A program made the position numbers and the translations under genes. Under the pieces are notes generated by a model. That model was not told where the DNA came from. It saw only the letters and a program-made list of their open reading frames with translations, and made no database searches. A stretch of 64,000 nt of DNA from Octopus vulgaris (lineage: Eukaryota). Positions 28,158 to 40,612 of this stretch are shown one piece after another. The DNA lies in the NCBI GenBank assembly GCA_951406725.2, contig OX597815.1, positions 52,514,001-52,578,000 of the forward strand. Reading direction: 5' to 3'. Position 1 is the stretch's first letter; each line of letters opens with the position of its first letter.

Positions 28158-28383
28158 CTGCCAGCTCGCCGCCTTCCATATGCATATTCAATAACTATAA
28201 TTCAATTTCCCAGCCCCATCCGTCCGCTCCACGTATGTATATGTATGTTTATATGTTGGAGTGAGCAAGGATATACCTATGAGCATGTGTATGTGTAGAT
28301 AAATGTTCGTGCGTGTATGTATACGCATGAATGTGTTTGTTGATCGGTGTGTGTGTAGGTGTGCATGTGTGCATATATGTACG

Positions 28384-28432
<49 letters not shown>

Positions 28433-28970
28433 CATGTTAACATGAATGCATGTATGTATGTATGAATATATGGGGATACCCAGTGATGCATTTGTGTGTA
28501 TATGTGTATGTGGGCTTGTATGCATACATACATATACACACACATACACACATATATATGGGAGAGGCTGTGAGTATCTGGGCTAACGGGTTTTGAAGGT
28601 CGAATAATAAATTGCGTATGTGCAGCATAACATGTGGAACAAAGTGGACAGCAAGTGTATCCAATACCGCTCATGGCGAGCGTGCAGATGCACGTTGGCA
28701 GCGAGCGAATTGAAACTGCCAGCGTCTACTAAATTCAAACGAGGCAGATGGATGTGTTAGCATCAAAGTCGAAGGTTTTGTAACTAACGGGGACAGCAAT
28801 TGTATATCACCTGAAGAATACAACTGGATCCCATTATACAGGCAAACCGTTACATAATTTAAATCCGTATATATGAAGATCTATGTTGTATGGAAACATG
28901 AGTAGCGATTATCAAATAATTATCTACGCGTACTCCTTCTTGTTGACTCTATCTTATTTTGCTATATATA

Positions 28971-29450
28971 TATACGATATAGTGCATATTTATACACATA
29001 AGGAATCCACTTAGGGTGAGATTCAACACATTATAGAACCACAAAAATAACGGATAAAATTCGACAGGAATAAATTTGGAAATGAAAAACATTTACCATC
29101 AAGTACCCCGGACCAAATTGGTTTCTGATCTTCTTTTAGCAAGTCGGGGGAACTCGCAAGGTCTGATCTTCTTCGGCGAGGTCCAACCTGGGGTTAAAAC
29201 ATATAAGGCAGAAGACAAGCACCGCTACCTGTCTCCTGTTTATACGATCTAACTTTTCAAATTTTTCTGCGCAATCGCAGTCCTATCGTTGGCTACAATA
29301 AACTGCCAACCGGGGTACTTGATGGTAAATGATTTTTATTTCCAAATTTATTCCTGTCGAATTTTATCCGTTATTTTTGTGGTTCTATAATGTGTTGAAT
29401 CTCACCATAAGTGGATTTCTTATGTGTATAAATATGCACTATATCGTATA
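28971..29450. mobile_element. Inverted-repeat insertion (141-bp arms) with a minus-strand HHR variant at 29106-29181
   Basis: 28971-29111 is the reverse complement of 29310-29450 with few mismatches. HHR: cctcg-CCGAAGA-[long stem II]-GAAA-ccaatttgg-TC-cgggg. Confidence 0.8.
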
Positions 29451-29558
29451 ACTAATATATAGTCTTCTTGACTAATTTTCTTGCACGTTAGACCACTGGA
29501 AATGTAAATTTTGATTGAATATTTTAAATTTAATTAAATTCCATTTTCCTTTGATATG

Positions 29559-29597
<39 letters not shown>

Positions 29598-29600
<3 letters not shown>

Positions 29601-29970
29601 CGCAGGAGTGGCTGTGTGGTAAGTAGCTTGCTAACCAACCACACGGTTGCGGGTTCAGTCCCACTGCGTGGCATCTTGGGCAAGTGTCTTCTGCTATAGC
29701 CCCGGGCCGACCAATGCCTTGTGAGTGGATTTGGTAGACGGAAACTGAAAGAAGCCTGTCGTATATATGTATATATATATGTATGCGTGTGTTTGTGTGT
29801 CTGTGTTTGTCCCCCTAGCATTGCTTGACAACCGATGCTGGTGTGTTTAGGTCCCCGTCACTTAGCGGTTCGGCAAAAAGAGACCGATAGAATAAGTACT
29901 AAAAGGTGGTGCTCCAGCATGGCCGCAGTCAAATGACTGAAACAAGTAAAAGACTAAAAAAAAAGACTAA
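29598..29970 (+). mobile_element. Dominant SINE copy with a small internal deletion
   Basis: Near-identical to 27419-27873. Confidence 0.85.
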
Positions 29971-30360
29971 AAAATATATATATATATATATATATATAAT
30001 TTCAACAATTGAGGGTAAAATTAATTAATTATTAATCAATTTCACCAAGTATTCAGTATGTAAAGGGACCATTTAAGGCGAATTCAAATTATTACATTAT
30101 ATAAAAGGGCTTAGTAAAATAAATTACTTTGCCACATACTGAACTCATTAGAAATAGCAGGTAAAAAAATTTTTTTAAACTATTTCTAATACTTAAAGAA
30201 AATCTCTCTCATATAGTGTTATATATATATATATATGGTTAATCCAAAGAAGTACAAGCAAGAAAAACAACAACGTGAGGACGTGGAACAAGTACTGTGT
30301 TATTGGACGCCCAGGAAAGGAAAGAAAAGAAAGAGGATATATATATATGTATTATGTGTG

Positions 30361-30419
<59 letters not shown>

Positions 30420-30732
30420 AAATACAAAATGGGACAAGAACGCAAAACATCCGGACAACTAGGTGATACAAAAAAGGACAACAAAACATCGAGATAGACG
30501 ATACAAAAAAAAAAACAGTGACGGGTCATTCGAAGCCTTTTATCTTCAGTCAAGAACCGGATCATCCTCGCAATTTCGGCTGATTAATCTTGAGATTGCT
30601 CCAATCTGGCCAGCCCTAAGGAAAATCTAAGCTAAGGGCATTAGATTTCTTGGAAAAAGCATCGAATGTATACGAAACAAGGACGGCAAAACAGACGATG
30701 TTACACGAATATAAATACAAAAATACAATGAC

Positions 30733-30810
<78 letters not shown>

Positions 30811-31693
30811 GGACATAACAACAGGCGTCTTTCGACTGGGGACGAATTGAAATCACCTGGAGTGTATGGAAATGAAGCCTTTCGGTAGAGGGATCGATGT
30901 GATAGTGACCACGGTCAAACGCAAAAGGACTAGCAGTCGGCCAACGGTCACGTGGGAAGAAAAGAGAGAGAAAAAGAGGAACAAAGGAATTAAGGAGGGG
31001 GAGAAGAGAGAGAGAGAGCGCGTGCGAGAGATAGCAAGTTTATCTTAATAATTTTGATGCAACTCTCCTCTGCACTGTTCTCACTTTCTCTCTGTGTGTC
31101 CCCCCTTCGTTTTTTCCCCTCTCATCCTTTCTCTAATTCTTTTTTCTCCCCTTAACCGTTGCTCACTCGTGCCCATCGTCCATCTTTTTTTCCACATTTG
31201 CTCATCTTTCTTTTCTTTCTGTCTGTTTTACAGACCAGACTTATTCTTGTCTGTCTCCTCTCCTATCTTTTCTCCTGTCAAAGACTGTTCCTAAGCGCTC
31301 GGAACCTTGTCCCATCTGGCTAAGCAGCCCTCACTATTTGTTTCACTCTCCTGTTTTTGTTAAAATCCCAAATTTTATTTTGGTTTGCAGGAGCAACTGT
31401 TTTCTGGAAGGCACATATTGTCGCGAATCGCTCAAAATGTAGAGGAGATAAACACAGCCGACAATTGATAAAGGATCGTTCTTTACGTTACTTGTCTTGT
31501 TTTCTATTTGTTTCTCTCGTTGTTCGCATAAAATATTTTTCTTCGTATTCCATGTTGTTTTTCGTATTTTGAATTTCATGTTTTGGTATTTGAAGTTGTT
31601 TACGTTTTGTGACGGCCTGTACTCACATATGCATTAATATTATACATATATATGTTAGTATGTACTTATATGTATGTATATATGCCTATATAT

Positions 31694-31758
<65 letters not shown>

Positions 31759-31826
31759 CGTGTGTGTGTGTGTGTGTATAAAATTCTTATTATTATTGTT
31801 ATTTCTAAATCACTCTAAAGGAGACT

Positions 31827-32054
31827 ACGGCAGCAGTACTTGGCATTACTAATTATCACCAAGCTAACATGGCAGTCCACGGAAATAGGACGAATGCTGC
31901 CGTTGATTAGCTCCAAGAGGCAACCGCCTCTAGCTAGCTATGTGATACACAAACCTATGTGTCACATGGCTAGCTAGAGGCGATGGCCTCTTGGAGCAAA
32001 TCAACGGTAGCATTCGTCCTATTTTCCTGGACTGCCATGTCAGCTTGGCGATAA

Positions 32055-32057
<3 letters not shown>
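31827..32057. mobile_element. Fold-back element built from the ~117-nt pseudoknot motif (copy B, 31827-31943) and its inverted copy
   Basis: 31850-31950 is the reverse complement of ~31958-32057. Pairings are acggcagca/tgctgccgt, acatggc/gctatgt, gtcc/ggac and agaggc/gcctct. Confidence 0.75.
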
Positions 32058-32093
<36 letters not shown>

Positions 32094-32112
32094 ATATATA
32101 CATATACATATA

Positions 32113-32243
32113 CAGGGTGTCCCAAAAAAATGTATACACATAGTGGTTCGGCAAAAGAGAACGATAGAATAAGTACTAGGCTAACAAAGAATAACAAATT
32201 TACAATTATTTAAGGTGTGTATACATTGTTTTGGGACACCCTG
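32113..32243. mobile_element. 131-bp Tc1/mariner-type MITE
   Basis: ~28-bp TIRs cagggtgtcccaaaa..atgtatacaca flanked by TA on both sides. Confidence 0.8.
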
Positions 32244-32294
32244 TATATATATATAAATAGAAACATATATAAATGCATACATACATATACTATT

Positions 32295-32490
32295 TTTTTA
32301 CTCTTTTTACTTGTTTCAGTCATTTGACTGTGGCCATGCTGGAGCACCGCCTTTAGTCGAGCAAATCGACCCTAGGACTTATTTTTTGTAAGCCTAGTAC
32401 TTATTCAATCGGTTTCTTTTGCCGGTTGTCAAGCATCGGTTGTCAAGCGATGTTGGGGGAGACAAACATAGACACACAAAGATATACACA

Positions 32491-32578
<88 letters not shown>

Positions 32579-32670
32579 CATATATACGATGGGCTTCTTT
32601 CAGTTTCCGTCTACCAAATCTACTCACAAGGCTTTGGTCGGCCCGAGGGTATAGTAGAAGACACTTGCCC
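32295..32670 (-). mobile_element. Dominant SINE lacking its tRNA head
   Basis: Reverse-complement match to 27498-27873. Confidence 0.8.
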
Positions 32671-32764
32671 TCGGGCATATGGCGTAGTGGTTAAGAGCGC
32701 GGGCTACTAACACCAAGATTCCGATTTCGATTCCAAGCAGTGACCTGAACAATAACAACAACAA

Positions 32765-32851
<87 letters not shown>

Positions 32852-33034
32852 TAACAACAACATCGAAAAATACCTTAGGAATGAGAACCCAGGTTCGAAA
32901 TTTCCCCAAGACACCTGAAGAAGGCTGGAGGGTGTATCAGCCGAAACGTTGTATTAACACAAACAAGTTGAGGACAAATATCCATCCAATGTAAATAATG
33001 TAAATAATTCATCATCTCTTAATTATAGAACTGT
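32666..33034 (+). mobile_element. tRNA-head + (AAT)n + hammerhead-tailed element (uninterrupted copy)
   Basis: A box tggcgtagtgg and B-box-like tttcgattcc, then (AAT)n, then gacac-CTGAAGA-a-ggctg..cagcc-GAAA-cg-TT-gtatt (32910-32955). It ends in tatagaactgta, like 5864. Confidence 0.75.
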
Positions 33035-33299
33035 ATTAGAAAGAATAAGTCCTGGGGTCAATTTCTTCGACTCAAGGCGGTGCTCCAACATGGCTGCAGT
33101 CCAATAGCTAAACCAATTAAAAGAATAAAAGAATGTATACGGATCAAAGCAGGCTTTGCCGTCCCCGCTCGAAAAAAACATAGTAAATGATCTACAAGGA
33201 CTTAAGCAAACTGAGTTCTCAGCTTGTTCAATTTACCAAAAGATTTGCAAGGCACAAGCAGGCTTTAAGAGTTACATTCGTGTCCATCATATATATTAT

Positions 33300-33635
33300 T
33301 TTATTATTTTATTTGTTTCAGTCATTTGACTGCGGCCATGCTGGAGCACAGCCTTTAGTCGAACAAATCGACCCTAGGATTTATTCTTTGTAAGCCTAGT
33401 ACTTTTTCTATCGGTTTCTTTTGCGGAACCGCTTTGTTACGGGGACATAAACACACCAACATCGGTTGTTAAGGTGGGGGATAAGCACAGACACACAAAC
33501 AAACGGGTCTACCAAGTCTACTCACAAGAATTTGGTCGGCCCGAGGCTAGCTTTAGTAGAAGAAACTTGATCAAGGTACCACGCAGTGGGACTGAACTCG
33601 GAACCATGTAGTCGGTAACAACGCTACTTACCACA
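33300..33635 (-). mobile_element. Diverged dominant SINE copy
   Basis: Reverse-complement similarity to 27419-27873. Confidence 0.75.
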
Positions 33636-33752
33636 TTGCAAGTCATGCGCGTTATATATATATATATATATATACATACATACACACACATATATATGTA
33701 TGTATGTTAGCCCCTTGTGGGCAATAAAGAAATATATATATCATACATATAT

Positions 33753-33803
<51 letters not shown>

Positions 33804-35677
33804 GCATGTATATGTTTATGTATATATGTATAAGTATATATAAGTATACTTACGTATATATCTATATGTGTGTGTGTGTGTGTGTGCGTGTATCTATATC
33901 TGCATCTATCTGTCTATCTATCTATCTAGATACGTACGTAGAGAGTTCAGTAATAGTTGAAACTATTTGTACGCATTAACTTATACATACATAAATTCAC
34001 GCACATAAACTTATAGAAATAATCGATAAACAGCGAAGAACAGAGAAGTGAAAGCGTAGATGCCTGTCTGTCTGACTGTATCTGTCTCGTTATGTGTATA
34101 TATGTACATGTTTAATAGGTTTTTAATTGTTTGACCACTATAAATAAGAATTTGTGTAATAATAATAGACTTTTTAAACACATAAATACGTACATTCTAC
34201 TAAAAAGTAACAGATTGTTTAGAAATCTATCGGGACATATTTGATTGTTTGTATGTGTCTGAAAATTGTTAGAAATGCTATTTCATTCCTATTTATGCTA
34301 TGTTATGCTATGCAATGCTATGTCTGTATGCATGTGTGTATGTAAGTGTGTATATATATGTATGTATGTACGTACGCACGTGCATATGTCTGCAAGTGTG
34401 GGGATGCATGCATGTATATTTGTGAGAGTGTACAATTATAATAAGGTTTTGAAATACACGATAACGTAAGTATTACTACAATTTCCCGAAATGGAATAGT
34501 TTATTTTGTGTAGCCTGTAGACATTTGTTGGGTAACCAGTGGATGGATATGAATCCGTCCTAATGTTTGGGGCTATACTGTATAGCCTATAAAGGTATAT
34601 TAGATCGATAGACTGGTATATATATATATATATATATACTTTATTTTAAGCAGCAGAAAAATCAACAAAATCTGTTACTCTGAGTTTCTCGTTGCCGTTC
34701 ATCAGACAGTTTTTGCTAGAATGGAACATATATATTAATTCAATCTATACTCTTACAAACGCTACACCTTTAAAAAGAAATGGACTTGTTTGATTGGCCC
34801 TTTAGAAAAAACGGTCAATCTTCGAGCGATAAACAAAAAGGTCAAAAATATATGTATATATATATAAAAACTTATAAAAATTATAAAATCCGAGGAAAAT
34901 ACCGAGGAAAAAACCTGTTGCCGTTAATGAAGACAGTACAAATTAATGCATAGAAATTAAACCTGTTATAAATACTGCAATACATATTTATATTAAAATC
35001 CACATATATATATCAACATACACAAAAGGATGCGCGTAAACGCCATACATACATATACAGACGTATGAATATGAATCTAAATTATACACATAAAAGCATG
35101 TGTACATATATTCACGCAAACCGCCTCGCACGCAAGCTAAAATTCATCTATGTAGCAATTCTCATATACTGAGCAAGGAGGGGGAACGAAAGAAAGGGAA
35201 AGAGAGAAAAAGGAACGGAGGAGGGGTGGGGAAAAAATTGTAGCGATGTTATTTGGCATCTATAGAGGCCTGTATACATACACAAGTTTGAATTGATACA
35301 TATACATACCGTCGTGTATATGTGTGCTTAAGCACAAGCGTACTTTCACTCACACATACACAGATACGCATGCTTACAAATACATATGCTTTGCTATACA
35401 CAAACTTATATAAACATTCTAAATTTGACAACATTGCTTTTTTTATAAAAAAAAAAACATTGCTTTTAAAAAATGGGTGCATTAATAAAAATATATACGA
35501 AAGACCTATAAAATAAAATATAACATCCTATTTTGGGTCATTTATAAATAATCAAGGTAATATAAATAATCAAGGTAATCTTATGCAATACAATAACATG
35601 AAAACAAAGTTTGTAGGTTTTTCCTAATATATATGTAGAAACAATAAGACTTTGCTATAGGTCCGTTGTAGCGCTCA

Positions 35678-35926
35678 AGAGTCAAAATCAAAATCAAAAA
35701 ATCAAAATACAAAATATATACTCTATCCATATGGTATATTTATATTCGACATTTTAAATTTAGCCTTGTGCCTACATAAGTTCATTAATTCACTTCTTTG
35801 AATCAAAGAAGTGAATTAATGAACTTATGTAGGCACAAGGCTAAATTTAAAATGTCGAATATAAATATACCATATGGATAGAGTATATATTTTGTATTTT
35901 GATTTTTTGATTTTGATTTTGACTCT
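35678..35926. repeat. Perfect palindrome with 124-bp arms and a 1-nt spacer at 35802
   Basis: Arms compared directly; no mismatch seen. Confidence 0.9.
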
Positions 35927-35970
35927 ATAGTATAGATTGAATTAATATATATGTTCCATTCTAGCAAAAA

Positions 35971-36008
35971 CTGTCTGATGAACGGCAACGAGAAACTCAG
36001 AGTAACAG
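35971..36008 (+). ncRNA. Minimal type I hammerhead ribozyme
   Basis: ctgt-CTGATGA-a cg gcaa cg a-GAAA-ctcagag-TA-acag. Intact core, GUA triplet, very short stem II. Confidence 0.75.
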
Positions 36009-36110
36009 ATTTTGTTGATTTTTCTGCTGCTTAAAATAAAGCATATTACTCTACCACTGGTATTTGAGTACTCTTTTTTCCACCTTGTTTCACATTTATG
36101 TGTTTACTCC

Positions 36111-36149
<39 letters not shown>

Positions 36150-36537
36150 TTATGTATGTATGTATGTATGTATGTATGTATGTATGTATGTATGTATGTA
36201 TGTATGTATGTATGTGTGTATGTATGTATGTATGTATGTATGTATATCATCCGAAGTGTATAGTATTATATATCCCTCACGGCCGATCTTACCAATTGGT
36301 TTCGTGCTAGGGGTGTATATAATATTTAATTCCATATCGGCTACCTCTGACGACCGTAAAGTTATATAATCAGATTGTTACCTAACACTCCGTTGCACCC
36401 CTAGCACGAAACCAATTGGTAAGATCGGCCGTGAGGGATATATAATACTATACACTTCGGATGATATACATACATACATACATACATACATACATACATA
36501 CATACATACATACATACACACATACATACATACATAC

Positions 36538-36540
<3 letters not shown>
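36150..36540. mobile_element. Fold-back insertion with mirrored (TATG)n/(CATA)n and an HHR-like motif (core 36347, GAAA 36408)
   Basis: 36240-36315 is the reverse complement of 36396-36471. Motif: CTGACGA...54 nt...GAAA-ccaattgg-TA. Confidence 0.7.
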
Positions 36541-36596
<56 letters not shown>

Positions 36597-36612
36597 CACA
36601 CATGCATACATG

Positions 36613-36687
<75 letters not shown>

Positions 36688-36729
36688 GTGAAGGTATAAA
36701 ATGCTAGAATAATTTCATTAAAAAAATTT

Positions 36730-36764
36730 CAGTACCGGTTTCTGTCCTTGAGATTTTTCAACTG
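36730..36764 (-). ncRNA. Possible U3-A8 variant minimal hammerhead
   Basis: Minus strand: cag-TTGAAAA-atctcaaggaca-GAAA-ccgg-TA-ctg. Stem I is only 3 bp. Confidence 0.4.
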
Positions 36765-37235
36765 TAAGTATGGAAAATAATTAAATTTTGGAAAAATCAA
36801 ATTTGTGAAAAATTAAAAGAAAAGTATTTAAAAGCATAGTATTCAAATACAAGGGGCATTTTCCTTGTTTCTGCCTGTCTCTGTCTCTCTTGTTTACTCT
36901 TGTGGGTTCGAGATCGTTGTGAATTCTTGGCAGAGAAGAAGAAAAAGACAATGAAGAAGAAGAAGAAGTGAAGGAAGAAGAAGATGAAGATGAAGAACGA
37001 AGAAGGAGGAGGAGGAGGAGGAGAAGAAGAAGTAGAAGAAGAAGATAATGCGGGAGTGCTATGATAGCAGTAGGATGTTAAATGGTCAAGTGCCCTGAAA
37101 GTGACTTGTTGTGGATCGTAGCAGTGATTGAATTCTTGATGGTGTTGAGTAGATAGATGGTGAGGTACTTTAAAATATTTCTAGAGAGAAATAGAAAGCC
37201 TTGGTATAGAATGAGAAATAAGCGAGATGGAGAGT

Positions 37236-37275
<40 letters not shown>

Positions 37276-37909
37276 GGGAGGGAAGACAAATAAAGAAATA
37301 AAAGAGAAAAAGAATGGTTAGGAGAAAGAAAGAAGGGAAAGGAATGGAGACAAAACAGGAAAAGTGAAAAAGTAAAAAGAAAAAAGTAGAGAGAGAAAGA
37401 AAGAGAATACAAAGCAGATTGGGTAACCATAAAAGGGATAAACAAAAATATTAATATATATAACATGAAAAAGTAAGTAAAATGACTATATAAATAGCTA
37501 AATACAGCCAAGTGTTAGAGCAAGTGGAAGAGAGAAAGACAAATATGTAGAATGGGAAGAGATCTCATGAGTGGGAGAGAGAGGTAAGAGATTTATAAAA
37601 AATGTGAGTCAGTAACATTTTGATTGAAACGAAAGAAACCATAAAATGAATTTAAACACAAATATATACTTAAATATGATTAGGGAATAACTCCACTCAC
37701 GATAAGTGTTCAAAGGTAATTTTCGATATTTTCAAAAATTCTTATCATAAACACGCATGTCTCTAAGTAAAAATACATACATTCATGCAAGTAGACACAT
37801 AACCACATGCAGGTATGTACACATGCACACACACAGACTCGTCACTTATAATGTATATATACATACACACATATACATACATACATACATACATACATAC
37901 ATACATACA

Positions 37910-37983
<74 letters not shown>

Positions 37984-38069
37984 TATATATATGTATCTTC
38001 AAAAGAAAGTAAGAAAACGGAGATATAGCATTTAATAAAAATTTATTATCTGCAAAAGTCAAACATTGT

Positions 38070-38152
38070 CCCTTACAGCTGTTTCAATTAAGCCCAAAAG
38101 ATTGAATAGCAATTATTAAAATCATCACATTAGGTAAAATCTCTTCGGAGGA
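38070..38152 (-). ncRNA. HHR-like motif with a long stem II region; related copy at 8810-8880 has CTGATGA but lost the GAAA half
   Basis: Minus strand: tcct-CCGAAGA-...-GAAA-cagctg-TA-aggg. Confidence 0.5.
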
Positions 38153-38556
38153 GTAGAAAAATATACTGTTAGGTTTTTTATGTGTTGTGTTTTAGAATCA
38201 TCACAGCAGACAGTATCATTTTATGGTTAATATTTGTATGTGGCCGGTTAGCGGGTTATAGGTTGTTTTAGTGGGTAATTGATAATATGTGAATATAATT
38301 AGGGTAATAATGGGTAAATAGATAGAGGATAAATAGGAAATTGCAGTGAACAGTATCATATGAATGAGGAGATAAAATAAATACTTTGGTAAGTTGTTTA
38401 TAAAATTGAGAGAAGCTTATATAAAAATAATACATAAACATAAAAGCATTCGTCTTTTAATTCAGTGCATATACATGCATACATACATACATACATACAT
38501 ACATACATACATACATACATACATACATACATACATACATGCATACATACATGTAT

Positions 38557-38589
<33 letters not shown>

Positions 38590-39131
38590 CACACACATAC
38601 ACATAGATATACACATATAAATATATGTACATATATAAACACACACATACATTATATACACATACACAAACATTAGATACGAATAGGTATATACATATGC
38701 ACACATACATGGAGATATATTTATGTGCGCAAATTCACGCAAATGAATATATATAAAGAACCACACGTATATATATGAATACATATACACACATATATAT
38801 ATTCATATATATTTTCGTGTACATACACACAAAAACTATACACTCATCCCTACAAATATATTGGTATGGATCACGTAAAGTCAAAAAATGTTTGATTGGT
38901 TAAATATCAAAAAAAAAAAAATAGCGTTCCTGTATAATTAAATTTATATCGATCTAACGGAAAACTAAGATGTTTTGTTTCTAAAGGAAAGGGCGCTAAT
39001 ATCAATATAATAAAATTACTTAAGGAATAAGGGCGCTTGTGACATCAAAAATAATTCTAGTTGTGGCATAAGGGGAGGTGATTATTAAATAATTATTGTT
39101 ACATTTAAATATTTAAGAAGAGTTAAAGTAA

Positions 39132-39170
<39 letters not shown>

Positions 39171-39202
39171 CATATAAATATGTTTATATATTCATGTAGT
39201 TA

Positions 39203-40594
39203 CTAGCAAATACCCCTCCCCGTCCATTGGACAGTTTTTATAGGTGAAGAGAGTTAACTTGGACGGTGTTAAGTTGTGGAGATGTTTGGTGATCGTATGG
39301 AGCTGTCACTTTTGGTTAGGGCATTAAAGATTCCTGAGACGTTAAAACTGTTGATTGTTTCTTCTAAATAAGGAAAATTGACTGATAGTGAATCTTAACA
39401 CAGTGAACTCTTTCAAAATTGTCATGAGGCCAATAAAATGAAGGAAAGCTTTTCAGCCCACAATATATACAACTTCCAGTGGAATCGGACATCATAATTA
39501 ACCTTAAACTTTTTGCACTCAAACACTTTCACATTAGGATAAGCACAATGTACTCTTCCATCGTACATACCTCATGTTGACACCTATACATCAGACTGAA
39601 CACTGTTTTATCTCCAAAGTGAATATTGCGAGTGATATTTAAGCAATAAGCAGCTCATTGGTTTTTGCACTTGACGACTGTTGCTTTACGTATTTTATTT
39701 TGATTTTCACAGGCGTAGTGGTAAGAACTACGGTATAAGGAAAATTAATTTCGAATAAAAATATAAATGGAAGTTTTAATACCCCGATGGACAGACTGAC
39801 ACAAAAAGAGCTGAAACTCGGGTGTGAAATAACACAATGTACAATAAAATAACATAAGGCATGTTTTTGCAAATCAGTTTTATTTCAAAAATTGAACAAT
39901 ACCGCGTATTTTTTAAAAGTTGGATGAGAAACGTTAGGCAAGGTTTTAGATGTAACCCACCAAATTGTTCACGTTTTATAAGTAATCAATTAGTCTTTTC
40001 TACTTTCAGTTGAATTTTGTTTAGAATATCTTAAGAAAATTGAGTAATCACCAGTTTTTCATTTGCTTTATTTTCACTTTTTTTGCTCACTTAAAGTAAC
40101 TACGTTTTCCTAGCAGCTTTTCATGTCAGCTGGTTTATTGCGCGAAAAACAGCCGTAAGGATACATTTGACCGCGAATGCACATGGTTGATTACAGTTAA
40201 TTAAAGTTATAGTGATAACGATTTTTTTAGCCGCTTACAAACGTGTGAAAACACAGAAATGAATATAGTTATTCGTGGTCTAATGTTTAAATCAAAATGG
40301 TACCGTATTTACAAATAGCAAGCTTTATTTACATATATCTGTCATTCAAATGTGAAAACATAGAAATGAACTGTTTAGAATGTCGGTTAATGAACAGGAT
40401 TGGTGGAAGAAACAGGACAAAAAGATTACAAAAATAGCGATTCTTACTTTGGAACCGACAATTTTGAAAATCTTTTTAGATTACGGAACGCCCTCTCATG
40501 TATTCATTTAAAATTTCAGCGTGATTGGACGAACAATACTCGAGTTATAAGCTCACAAAAAAACAGACAGACAGAACAGGATTTATATATTAGA
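39203..40594 (-). mobile_element. Non-autonomous Helitron (1392 bp)
   Basis: Minus strand begins TCTAATATATAAAT and ends with hairpin ctgtcc-aat-ggacgg then CTAG. It is inserted between A and T without a TSD, and the empty site tagtta|taactt is at 43622/43623. Confidence 0.88.
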
Positions 40595-40612
40595 TAACTT
40601 AGCATAGATTAT

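Larger units (their letters stand above)
34639..36112. mobile_element. Non-coding element bounded by 113-bp HHR-containing inverted repeats and flanked by (TA)n
   Basis: 34639-34751 is the reverse complement of 35929-36041. HHRs lie at 34672-34709 (-) and 35971-36008 (+). Confidence 0.8.
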
